A stretch of DNA of 20,000 nt, from positions 109,954 through 129,953 of the forward strand of contig WELA01003365.1 in assembly GCA_009602735.1 (NCBI GenBank), given 5' to 3'. A program made the translations under genes and the position numbers. The notes beneath the pieces are model-generated. The model saw nothing but the letters and a program-made list of their open reading frames with translations. It was not told the DNA's origin and did no database searches. Of this stretch, positions 1 through 10,815 are shown piece by piece (position 1 is the stretch's first letter; each line of letters opens with the position of its first letter). This DNA comes from Mesotaenium endlicherianum. Taxonomy: Eukaryota.

Positions 1-944
1 AAGTGAGAATACTTATTTTAGTCACACATTTGACCGTCATACCCCCACCAACCATTGCAACCGGTGCACATGCATGACCATATTGTTTCTTCAAGAACGT
101 TTCTTCTGAAATCATAATCTACACATCTTCCGCACTGTCGATCCTCTCTTCAAATGCATGAGAAACAACTATCACTGTACTGGAGCACATCGTATGGACA
201 TGCATGAGATGAGCGAGCTGGTGGCATGTAAGTCGCTAGAAGACGCATTACTTGCTAGTATTCAACTCAGACAAACTCGAATTGCGCATTAAGCTGCGAT
301 GTTTTTAGGCCAGAGCTCTTTTGGCGAACGTTCGATATTGTGACACCTGACAACAATCTCGAATGTCTTTCACGCGCCTTCCTCGGCGGTCTGCTGAGCA
401 AGCAGCGCTTCGACGAAGGCGTTCCTTGAATTGAGCTGCTTTTCCACGTCAAGGTGCTCGTCGTGATCTGCCTAGCTTCGTGAAGCTCAAGGAACACGTC
501 TTGCATGTCAACAACGTGAGCCATTTTCAGGGAACTACATACTTGGTCTGGGCTACACTTAAAAGGTACGCATCTTCTCTTTGCCTCGATCATGCATGAT
601 TACGCGACTGAGCCACGAGGATGTATATGGCGAAGGTACTGGCTGCAGATGCTCGATATTTGATAAACTTGTGGTACTGTGCAGTCAGTACTCACCGGTA
701 TTGAGACGGCACGGCTTGTACTACGTTCTTACAGTACTTGATAAGATTCCACATAAGCTTTGGCCTCTTGAGCTATGTGCCTGTCTTTTTTGGAAGATCG
801 TTTTTTGACTTCAGTGTTGCACGGCATTGACAACCACGATTACTCCTTTGCAGAGAGTGTATTCTACCTCCAGGACATGTTCACATTCAAGATGCATAGA
901 CTGAGGCGCCGCTGTCATAGACCACTGCGGCAGAGTGGACATAC

Positions 945-1185
945 CAGTTGATGATATGTCATTCAACGCGGAGTCACCTCTCCACTTCAACTGCCGAAAG
1001 ACTGGATTTGTGGGCAGAATTCCCGATCTCTGGCCTTCGTAGAAGATAAGCGACTTAGACAACGCACTCTCATAATCTGGAGCCCCAGAAGTCGAGCATA
1101 TCACGTGCAGAACAGCGACAAGGGAAGCCAAATATTTCGTTTGACCTTGGAACTTTCTCGGACTATGCAGCCATGTGGAAGACAT
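945..1185 (-). CDS. Glycoside hydrolase family 9 endo-1,4-beta-glucanase, first coding exon (partial gene)
   Basis: Translation contains a hydrophobic leader (YLASLVAVLHVICSTSGA) followed by DYESALSKSLIFYEGQRSGILP...WRGDSALND, the N-terminal signature of plant-type GH9 cellulases (DY..AL.KS..F.EGQRSG.LP...WRGDS). Similarity ends at a consensus donor ACTG|GTATGT (exon end 945). The rest of ORF 811-1185 is intron read-through. Confidence 0.85.
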
Positions 1186-3385
1186 CAGATAATGCAGAGT
1201 CTCGTTGGAGTCTCCGTGTTCTTATTTTTGGTCTTGAAAAGCACCAAAAATTAGGGCCTTACGATGGAGTGAATTGCCCACTTATGCTGAAACCACCGTC
1301 ATGAGCCCACCATAAATTGTTGTTAATATATTATGTGAAGAGAACCGCCTTTGGTAGTTAACCCTAGACGCCCAAACACCCAAGTAGATATACACGATGG
1401 GAAGTTCTCCGTCCACGAGAAGGTGTGCTCAATTGGCTTCCACATGCTAACGTTTTGAAGTGCTATCCTCCCTCTTACAATTGGCCCCTTCTTTGAGGCC
1501 ATACGGGGCCTAGATTCTTGGATACCTCTGATGTTAAGACGAAAAGACCCCACACCTCTGCCAAGAGCTCTGGGAAGTGCTCTCGGTAGCTCTCGAGGGC
1601 CCTCAAGGGCGCTAACTGTTTCTTTGCCAGGTAGCGAGAGGAAGCAAGCAAACGGTTGTTCGCCAGTGTCACAGGACATTGACATTAAAGAAGGTCCTCC
1701 AAAATTTCTCCGATACAATTACAAGGCTACTGGCAGAAATACGGGAATTCGTACAAATGCCAGGTTAATGGTTTCCTTTCGCTTATAATCCGTTAAACTC
1801 CTCGGTCGCCGAGATGGACAAATTTATCGACGAAGTCAAAGGAAAGTGCTTACGTGTCGCCTTCTGTTGCTACAAGTAGTTGGTGCCAAAAAAAGGATAT
1901 ACAGTAGAGATTGACATGCAAGCTAAATTGAACGTCAAGCTTTGCTCTGTTAATACTTGACTTTGATTATACTTCTATTATATCTGTTCAGCTAATTGTA
2001 TATCGTTACCTGAAAGATACTTCATCTTCCATGACTTTACCTACTGATGCTTTATCTTTCTTCCAATGGTGTGAATCGCCAATGATGTATTAGGAGCATA
2101 TTCCCTACTGCCCACAAGACGTTACACATTTTAGGATTTGAAACATGTAATACTTCGTTTTTTTGATGTGCTTGTCCAATATGCACTCCTGAAGATAGTA
2201 CTCAACTTCATAATGTATGGGGATTTGAAGGCCTGGCGGGCAGCTCCAATATCCTTCATTTGCATGGGAGTCATCACGGTAGCACTTATCCAAGCCTGAT
2301 GATATATACTACAGAGCATTATGTTTTCTTATTTATGTGAGTATTACCAGTGCCCGGTTGCATGTAACAGGAAAGTTTTAATCAACTAGGATCGATTGAT
2401 GATGGCAGGCACCATTTCGATGTCTTCTTAGCATCCAAACATGAATCTTCCATATAAATCTATGCACACCGCTCGTGCTAATTGGTCACTAGAGTAAAAA
2501 ATGACTTCAGGTACACAACATTAGTATCTGCTGAAGCTGATCTTACATCAACAACTGAGATGGTGACTAAATGTTTACAGCTAGAAAAAACACACACAAG
2601 CCTGGTGACAGTCAGCCACCAGCCTGAACGTCCACTTCTGTATCGTCGACAATGCTTCAAAGTACAAATCTATGAAACTCTAAGACCAGGCCACAAGAGG
2701 ACAAGCCTCACCTGCTTTCTCATTCTACTTTTTAATATGTACACCAAGAACTGCGCTAAAAAGACTAATCCAACCGCAACATCGGTTCAATATACCACAA
2801 GCATGCTGTAAGCTACAAGTAATATATATTGCCTGCACCAAGCTTCAAGACTGTCAGCTGCCGAGGGTGGCCTTGCCTGCTCATGGCGAACAGCAGAATG
2901 GAAGGTGGACTTGAAAAGGGGCTTTCAAGTGCACGATGTCAGAAGACTCAATCATGGCCACACACATGCGAGCCATCTCAGCTCAAACAGAGCTGACAAT
3001 AAATAGCAGCCACTTTCACCACGGATCGGTTCTGGGGTTTATAATCAGGTTCAGGGCTGCAGCTCCGACCACTCACCTCAAAAAGGTTTGAGACGGAGTA
3101 TTACAACACCAATATAGAATGAGCAAACCTCAACATGATGCCCAGACCTACGTGTGTGCCCAGGGACACCAATTGCTCTCAAAAGGCGCATAGGAAACCT
3201 TAGGCGCAATCGTTGCCCATTCCCCACAGCAGGCAGACTGACCACCCCTGACTGGCGCAGGGCATGTCACTAATCATATTGTTAAGAACAGATACAAGTA
3301 CACAGGCCATCTGCAAGGCTGGTGCACGGCCTCCTCTTGCACCGCACCGCACCTCCCCAGCCGTGTCCCCCCGTCGGAAGATGGC

Positions 3386-4867
3386 TCACGCTGGCGCCAC
3401 CTGGCCTCGGGTGCCTCGGAACACCTGCCTAGCCCCGCCAGGTAACAAGCACTCGCATCCCGCCTGCACATACTCCGCGTAGCTTCGTATGGGAAGGGAG
3501 ACAGGTTGGCACTGGCAGAAGAAGGTGACAGCTGTCGCCGCGTCAAGACCGGACAGCCCGCCAACGACTGGCAGCAGCTTGCAGCTCCTAAGCTCCAGCT
3601 TCCGGAGCGCTGGCAGGCCGCCAACAACGCAGCAGGCGTGCGCGCGCCTCCTCCCGCCTCCTACCCCTCCTGCCGCCGCTGGGGGGGGCTCCTCCCGCCC
3701 CACTCTCAGAGAGGTCAGCCGCTCGAGGCAGGCTAGGCCCGGCCAGGCCAGCTCGTCATCTGACCAGAGGTCCAGAAAGCGCAAGTTGGGAGCAAAGGCG
3801 AAGAAGTCGGGCTGCATGTGCAGCGCCCCGCGCTCCTGCGCGTGCGGCCGGACCAGCTTGAGGTCGAGCTCCTCCAGGCGAGGGAAGGGGCGCAGCATCT
3901 GCGGCACAGCAGGGTCCGTCACCTCCACCGACAGCCGCAGCCTCTTCAGAGAGCGCAGCTCTCCCAGAGAAGCGAGCTCCCGGGCGCCTGAGTGCCGATC
4001 CTCCAGGCGGAGATGGAGCTCCTGCAGAGTGCTCATGACCGCCAGGGAGTGCAGGAGGTGCCACCTGGCAGAGGGGGGGGCCTTGAGGAAGGGCCCCCCG
4101 TCGCAATTCATCGACAAGCTCGAGAACTCCGGCAGCTCTCCTAGCCATGGCGGAAGCCGCTGCACCTGGGCCTCTGGCGAGAGCCTGAGGTGAAACGTCT
4201 TCAGCTTGGGAGGAGAGACGCGCCCCTGCTGCTGCTGCTGCTCCTGTTCATGCTGCTGCAGGCCGACAAGTGTCCTGCTAACAGGGACGTGGCCGCCGAT
4301 GAATGGAATATTGCAATTTCTGAAGCAGCAAGAGTACAGCCAGCTGTATTTGAGTGTCAGATGCTCAAGACGAGGGAGGCTCCCAAAATCCACAGCCTCC
4401 AGGAAGGCGTGGAGATCTTGCCAGGTGTACTGGGGTGGCCTTGCAGACAGGAGGACTCGGAAGCTGAGCTGCAGGGCCTCTAGGCTTGTTCTTCGCGATA
4501 GAAAGTATGTGAGGTCATCCAGCGCCTCCCTCCTGTACTCTATACTCAAGTCAAAGGAAGTCAACTGAGGGAGACCCCCCCTTGCGGCAAGCGTTCTCAT
4601 GAGCTGGCCTGCCGCAGGCGACCCTCCGTTCAGCTGGATGTGCTTCACGCCTCGATACGTCTGCAGAACGTTCAGAGCAGCGTCCACGCTCCCTGTCACG
4701 CGCGACAGACTTGCGCTCGTGTAGGAGTTGCAAAGGAGCTCCCTCCACTTCCGACACACGCCCATCAACTCTTCTTCCCTGTATCTCTCGGGGAAGGTCA
4801 GCCGCAGGCTGCTATGAGGGAAGGTCAGCCGCAGGATGTGCAGCAGGATGTCATCCGGCACATCCAT
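3386..4867 (-). CDS. F-box / leucine-rich-repeat-like protein, 493 aa, single coding exon from ATG
   Basis: Long uninterrupted ORF with GC-rich codons. N-terminal F-box-like motif (DVPDDILLHIL...LMGVCRKWREL) followed by LRR-like units (LPQLTSFDLS, LPRLEHLTL, PKLKTFHLR, LRSLKRLRLS, FPRLEELDL, APNLRFLDL, LPALRKLEL). Confidence 0.85.
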   Translation of the reverse strand: MDVPDDILLHILRLTFPHSSLRLTFPERYREEELMGVCRKWRELLCNSYTSASLSRVTGSVDAALNVLQTYRGVKHIQLNGGSPAAGQLMRTLAARGGLPQLTSFDLSIEYRREALDDLTYFLSRRTSLEALQLSFRVLLSARPPQYTWQDLHAFLEAVDFGSLPRLEHLTLKYSWLYSCCFRNCNIPFIGGHVPVSRTLVGLQQHEQEQQQQQGRVSPPKLKTFHLRLSPEAQVQRLPPWLGELPEFSSLSMNCDGGPFLKAPPSARWHLLHSLAVMSTLQELHLRLEDRHSGARELASLGELRSLKRLRLSVEVTDPAVPQMLRPFPRLEELDLKLVRPHAQERGALHMQPDFFAFAPNLRFLDLWSDDELAWPGLACLERLTSLRVGREEPPPAAAGGVGGGRRRAHACCVVGGLPALRKLELRSCKLLPVVGGLSGLDAATAVTFFCQCQPVSLPIRSYAEYVQAGCECLLPGGARQVFRGTRGQVAPA

Positions 4868-5546
4868 GCTCTTCCAAGGAAATTGCCTCAGCTGCTACAA
4901 GGTGCGTGGGTGAGAGAAAGAGAGAAAAAAGGGATGACCCTGTCCACACACACAGCAGTGACATGAAATGAAACTTTGCACTAGTCTGCCAAAGAACTTA
5001 GTGCCATCTGGGTGCATATGCATAGACGTGCCATCTCCTGCCTGCTAGTGCTCTTACTCTTCCTCGCCCCCTTGACCATTCTAATCTGTTGGACCCACTT
5101 GGCCGCAGAAATGTCTAGCACCTTGGTACAACTCATGAAACTATGTAACACCAGGAGCCACAGCTGAAGGTATTCAGTTTGAGGGGACTTATATCATGCA
5201 GACAAACACTGAATAAAATCCCAAATTAAGTGGGACAGACTCTACACGCACATTTTTACCATGGCAACTTCAATTTAGGGTTATATAGGGCTTGAGCTTG
5301 GGGTAATATTGTTCTGGACCAGGTTCAGAATAGTGCGGTGCCTGACAAGGACTAAGAAGATATATGCTTGAATAAACTCGTTGAACGTCAGAGTGGACAT
5401 GGCTCATGTGCTACACCCTCTCCCCCTGTGCCACAGTGTCGCAACCATCAGAGAAACTGGACAAAATTGCTTGTCCCTCATCCTCTTGTCCATAACACAC
5501 TATTAACGTTTCATAAACATTGCACTGGAGAGGTGGCGAGCAGTAC

Positions 5547-5619
5547 CTTCAGGGCGGTGGCCAGCAGCGTCCCTCTTTCTTTCAACTCCGAGCTCAAGAA
5601 GATACCCCTTAGCTTAAAA
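5547..5619 (-). other. Putative upstream exon (5' UTR or N-terminal extension) of the F-box gene
   Basis: Minus-strand acceptor TTCATGTAG and donor AAG|GTACTG flank 73 nt. A pyrimidine tract plus TAG/CAG acceptor lies at about 4895, 27 nt before the F-box ATG. The join is in frame and stop-free. Inference only. Confidence 0.3.
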
Positions 5620-6069
5620 CTACATGAAATGTCACGAACCCTTCTTGTTACTGTATGCTCCGCAAACTCATGCAGCACCAAGTCTATTGCACTGTGAAGG
5701 AGCTGTTCACTTGAAGATGCGTCCTACTTTCAGATCATAAACCGCTCAATCCAGAGATGTGCGACCTCCTGTGTGCCCTCAGGTGGAAAGTATCCTTCTT
5801 AAAAAGCGAACGCCCATGTTAAAAGTGTTGTACAAACGTCTGAGGCTGGATTATGAAGTGTATGCATTCATTGCAAGTCTGTACCAACAAATTCCAATTG
5901 CTCCCATGCCACTTGCCTTAATTAGCAGAAATGTGGCTAATAAAAAGATCCACATGTTGTGCGTCAATTTGCGTGTGATACACTGTATGTCCAGTACGGA
6001 AAGTTGAGCGCGCAGAGTTGGTCTTCATGATCGACGCTGCACCGAGGAGCTATTTGAGGCATGGGGTGG

Positions 6070-6270
6070 AAACTGGCGCTAATTTTCCGAGGTTTTGAAT
6101 TCGGAGCCTTGAATTTTTGAATCTTGTCTCTAATTTCCCAAGTTTGATTTCAGGTCGCTATTAATGACATACTTGTTTCATCAAGGTCACTAATTCACTG
6201 TGCTAATTTTGACATTCTGATTTTGGGCGCTAATTCACCCGGATTCTCGAAGGGAGTTTCGCGCCCCCAT
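6070..6270. promoter_or_regulatory. AT-richer promoter-like segment with repeated CTAATT, TTTGAA and an E2F-like TTTCGCGC
   Basis: CTAATT at 6079, 6130, 6190, 6203 and 6230; TTTGAA at 6094 and 6116; TTTCGCGC at 6257-6264. Lies upstream of the minus-strand F-box gene. Confidence 0.3.
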
Positions 6271-7755
6271 GATTTGAGGTGATTTGGGGTACTCTGGTGC
6301 TACGTGGGGCAACGGGGGTGTTAGCTAAAATCTCGCGTAGTCTAGCTTGCAATCGGAAATTTGGAAAAGCTTCGCAATGCGAAGATACGTGTATTTTCAT
6401 ATTGTGTTTTTGCTCTAATATGGAACGGCGTATGCTGCTAGGATATTCACAAGCTGGCCTCTATTACTGTTCTAAGCTCGGGTACTAACAGGGTCCATAC
6501 AAGGAAAAGAAAAAGAGGTGATGAGTTTCATAAAAGTGGAGCGAACGTACTCCATGAGTACACAATACGGTCTACACGCCGTCGTTGTCAAGCAAGCTTA
6601 TGCTGACATGCCACCACATGTCACCTGAGCACTCGACGAGCAAGTTGTAGGCTTTGGTTGGCTTGTAATTTTTTGGAAAGGCTTGAATGGAGATGCAATT
6701 ACCGATTAGGCCTAATCGAATGGACACAAACAGCCTAGTGGAATGATCAGAATCGCAGCAGTCTGCGGCACGAACCACACTCGAACAAACTTGGATGTAT
6801 ACAAATTAAAGCCAGCGAGGACTCGAGAGCACTCGAGAGTCCAGACTCCAGAGTCGATAGGCGAGACTTGAGTCAGAGAGAACCAGAGTGCTCCTCCACT
6901 GGTCAGTAATCCATAGGCATCAGGCATGATTAATCGAGGGCCTAGAGGACTGAGCGGAACTAGGCGGTACCCAACCACATGTTTAACCATGTGACACGTT
7001 GAAGGCTTGTTGACGCAGTTGACGCTCATACTATGAGGATCGGTGAGGTGGGTGAGGTACCATTCGTCGGTTGCCGGAAATGTATCACAAGTCAGACCTG
7101 AGCCAGACCTCACCCGAGCCAAACATAGAAGCCATAACAAAGCTAAACAAGCCAGACCAAGCACATGCATGTGGAGTCCGTATACACCATGATCCCTAGC
7201 TCAATCCAGGCTCAATGCTAGCGTCGACAAGGTGACGGCAAACTCAAGAACCAGCCTCGAACAGCCCGGGCCGTTCTGGCCCAGACCATGCCGGCCAGGC
7301 CCAGACCTCAGCCTGAACCGACCTGAACCAACCATACCGCTACAGACAAGGCTGAATTTCTGACACACACTGAACACATTATGTAATGGGACGCGGAAAA
7401 CAGAATATTTAACCTATAACTACCTGACACGCGTTGTTGTGCATGTAATGCAATGCGCCCTAGCTAGAGTAAGGCAGAGTAAGCCAGCTTAAGCTAACGT
7501 TATTAATCGTTACTACCAAGTAGGTACGCCTTACCTTGTCTTACCTCATCAGTACTGATCGGTACCTTCCTGTTCCTTTAGACTTCAAGCACCACATGGT
7601 ACTGTGTGCAGTATTGCCCCTGGTGGCCCCTGGGTGGCTTTAGCGTCACTGCAAGAGTGTCATAGCAAAGTCTCACGAGTCACGAGTCACTTCTTGTGCC
7701 TAGTCGATGCCTGCCGTGCCCCCTCTTGAGGCCTAGCTGCCCTCAGCTGGTGTAC

Positions 7756-7762
7756 TATAAAT
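7756..7762 (+). promoter_or_regulatory. Probable TATA box of the amidase gene
   Basis: TATAAAT about 170 nt upstream of ATG 7929. There is no ATG between the expected start region (about 7790) and 7929. Confidence 0.5.
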
Positions 7763-7928
7763 GAGGCCCTCAACCGAGATGAAGTCATTGCTCACATTTA
7801 ACTCCACTAGCGATTACAATTAAGACTGCTCTTCCAGCTGCATTGTAAGCCCACGGTCGCAAAGTGGAGCTAGGCCGGACCGGAATAGTGTGTAACGCGG
7901 CAAGTTGGAACTGGGCTCTGGTATCACG

Positions 7929-8050
7929 ATGAGGGGAGCTCCTACGAGCGTCCTGCTGGTGGCGCTCCTGTTTCTGAGCAGCAGCTGGGAAGCGACGGCC
8001 GTCTCCGGATCTTGTTCCGGGAAGAGCACCAAATACCTTGCTGCCAATAA
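7929..8050 (+). CDS. Amidase exon 1 (signal-peptide-like: MRGAPTSVLLVALLFLSSSWEATAVSG)
   Basis: ATG, hydrophobic core, A-T-A cleavage-like site; donor AA|GTACGG is phase-compatible with exon 2. Confidence 0.75.
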
Positions 8051-10781
8051 GTACGGGCCTCTTATGTCTTGCATTCAATCGTGCAAGATAGGGGTGTGCA
8101 CGATCTGTTTGAAATACTTGTGCTGTGTGCTTCATATATTCCAACCCAGAAGAAAAATGGGGCCTCTCGCTTGCTAGCCGCTGGCCGGGCATAGCAGGAC
8201 CGCTATTGGGATTGCGGTAAGGCAGAATGAATTTTGACTACGTGTAGAAGTCCCCACGCGTATGGGCATATAATCCGTTCGTGAATGATGAGCTTTATTA
8301 TAATTGCAATCAGGGTCGCGTATGGCTGCCTGCAATTATGATATACGCAATCTTCTTTTAAGTTTCATGTACATCTCATTTGACATAGGTGTATGCAATG
8401 CTGACGAACTTATGTTGTGACTTTGCGCCGCAGGGACACAGTCAGGTGGGGCTTCTACGACCTGTCTGCTCCCTATGTGGCGCACGTAAAGCCAGGAGAC
8501 ACCATCACTGTGGAGGTCGTCACCCACACTGCTGGGGCCGACTACTCAAAGATCATCAAGGTAGGCCAATGAACGTCAGGCACGTGGCTATGTGCATTAT
8601 TTTAATATGCAACTAATTTGTTCGCTGAAGTGAGTCTCAAGGAAGCTGACCCCATATGCTTCCCATTTGTTTTTGTTTTTGTTTTTTAAATACAGCTGAT
8701 GCTTATTGCGCGGTCTTTAGCTGGAAGCCTTCTAAGTGTGCAAATCAGCTGATGCTAACGAGTTTGCCGAGCCCCTGCAAGACCTTCCACTGTTTACACT
8801 GTAGAGATACGGAAATCAGAAGTATATGCATGATGATAGTAAGGCAGCACCTCTGGCCAACTCAGAGCCAAATGCTGCTATACTTAAAGCTCAGTTCTGC
8901 AGGTGCCATCAACCTACATTCTCTCCAACATATATGAGTTGATCGCTTCAAAGTTACACTCTACACGTGCTTTTTTCCCCCACCAAAAAACAATAATCAT
9001 ATTCACTGCATTCGCGATGTTTTAGTGCCACTGTACTCTGCTTAAATACCTGCATTTGAGAGCTTCCCATATTCACTTAAATGAGCAATGATTGCTGGAG
9101 TGCTGCTGCTATGCATGCACTAGCTGTTTTGGAGACAGCTTGTGAGCTGGAAAGAACACCACTCCCCCCCCNNNNNNNNNNNNNNNNNNNNNNNNNNNNN
9201 NNNNNNNNNNNNNNNNNNNNNNNNNNNNNNNNNNNNNNNNNNNNNNNNNNNNNNNNNNNNNNNNNNNNNNNNNNNNNNNNNNNNNNNNNNNNNNNNNNNN
9301 NNNNNNNNNNNNNNNNNNNNNNNNNNNNNNNNNNNNNNNNNNNNNNNNNNNNNNNNNNNNNNNNNNNNNNNNNNNNNNNNNNNNNNNNNNNNNNNNNNNN
9401 NNNNNNNNNNNNNNNNNNNNNNNNNNNNNNNNNNNNNNNNNNNNNNNNNNNNNNNNNNNNNNNNNNNNNNNNNNNNNNNNNNNNNNNNNNNNNNNNNNNN
9501 NNNNNNNNNNNNNNNNNNNNNNNNNNNNNNNNNNNNNNNNNNNNNNNNNNNNNNNNNNNNNNNNNNNNNNNNNNNNNNNNNNNNNNNNNNNNNNNNNNNN
9601 NNNNNNNNNNNNNNNNNNNNNNNNNNNNNNNNNNNNNNNNNNNNNNNNNNNNNNNNNNNNNNNNNNNNNNNNNNNNNNNNNNNNNNNNNNNNNNNNNNNN
9701 NNNNNNNNNNNNNNNNNNNNNNNNNNNNNNNNNNNNNNNNNNNNNNNNNNNNNNNNNNNNNNNNNNNNNNNNNNNNNNNNNNNNNNNNNNNNNNNNNNNN
9801 NNNNNNNNNNNNNNNNNNNNNNNNNNNNNNNNCCCGCCCCGCCCCGCCCCGCCCCGCGGGAACCTCTCTCCTCCGTCCCTTACCCTCTCTCTTGCTCTTT
9901 GTACGTCTTTGGCTGCGTGTGTGTGTGCGTGTGCGTGTGTGTGCGTCTGCATGTGTGTGTGAGTGTGCGGTGGACATGTGCAGGGAGACAAGGGCCTGGA
10001 GGGCATTTTCAAGTGGGGCACAGGCAAGACAGCTGGCACAAAGTCGGTGCCCAAGCCACCTGGCAGCGGCTCGCACATTGTGACAGGGCCCATTGAAGTG
10101 TGCGGGGCCGAAGTCGGCGACGTCATCCAGGTCCCTCCTCTGCTGCACCCACCTGGCAATCTCTCTCTTTCTCACACACATACTCGTATATATCTTGCTT
10201 GTTGCGTGGATGGTCCCTTATACTCTAGTTGCAAGTGTAACTATAGTCTATGTGTGTGTGCCTAGTGTTAGGAGAGATGAAGAAAACTCTGCAGCCAATC
10301 CAGGGCCGCAATCTTCACAGTACTGTTACCCGGTTCCGCTGGGCTGCAATCGCCTCTAGACTGCAACAGTGAACCCATCCCTTTTGTGGAACTAAGCATG
10401 CTGCCGCCCTGCTGGCGCACCCTCATCAGCAGGAATGCGCGCTCGAGAAGCTAAGCTGATGTTTGCTCGACGACGTCTTTCTCCGCCCGTGCGTGTCCCT
10501 CCAGGTGGACATCCTGAGCATGAAGCCGCGCCCGAATCCGCGCACCAAGAAGACGTACGGCGTCAACGTGCTCACCAACTTTGGGTGAGCGGCGCTCCCC
10601 GGTCCTTCGCGGCTTTTGCATCCTTGCAACTTTCAAGGGGGAGAGAGAGGGGGGGAGAGAGAGAGACACTTGTGCATCCTTTTGGCGAGAGGCACTCGCT
10701 TTTGCATTCGCTTTTGGTATTGCTTGCATCGACTTGCGTAAGTAGCCGCGCTGCGGAAGAAAGAGGTTTGTGGCCAGCCCT

Positions 10782-10815
<34 letters not shown>

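Noticed and set aside
267..808. ORFs 267-593 (-) and 581-808 (+), and a short acidic minus frame (ADHDEHLDVEKQLNSRNAFVEALLAQQ)
   Set aside because: No GH9 or other recognisable motif and no convincing splice context; treated as intron sequence.
1323..2811. Small ORFs between the GH9 and F-box genes
   Set aside because: Mostly non-ATG starts, no recognisable domains, composition like intergenic or UTR DNA.
3264..4971. Many overlapping ORFs on the plus strand and in alternative frames (e.g. 3489-4193, 234 aa)
   Set aside because: Shadow ORFs of the GC-rich F-box CDS; low complexity and no motifs.
6519..6606. GTGATGA...CAAGCTTATG-CTGA resembling a U27-like C/D snoRNA for the 18S 5' region
   Set aside because: The putative guide has a central mismatch to CATATGCTTG, is out of register with the D box, and has no terminal stem.
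9077..10181. Four long ORFs (293-360 aa) in the ORF track
   Set aside because: Artefacts of translating through 661 N. Exon 2 (SKIIK) joins exon 3 (GDKGLE) in phase and reads as a continuous family motif, so no exon needs to be hidden in the gap.
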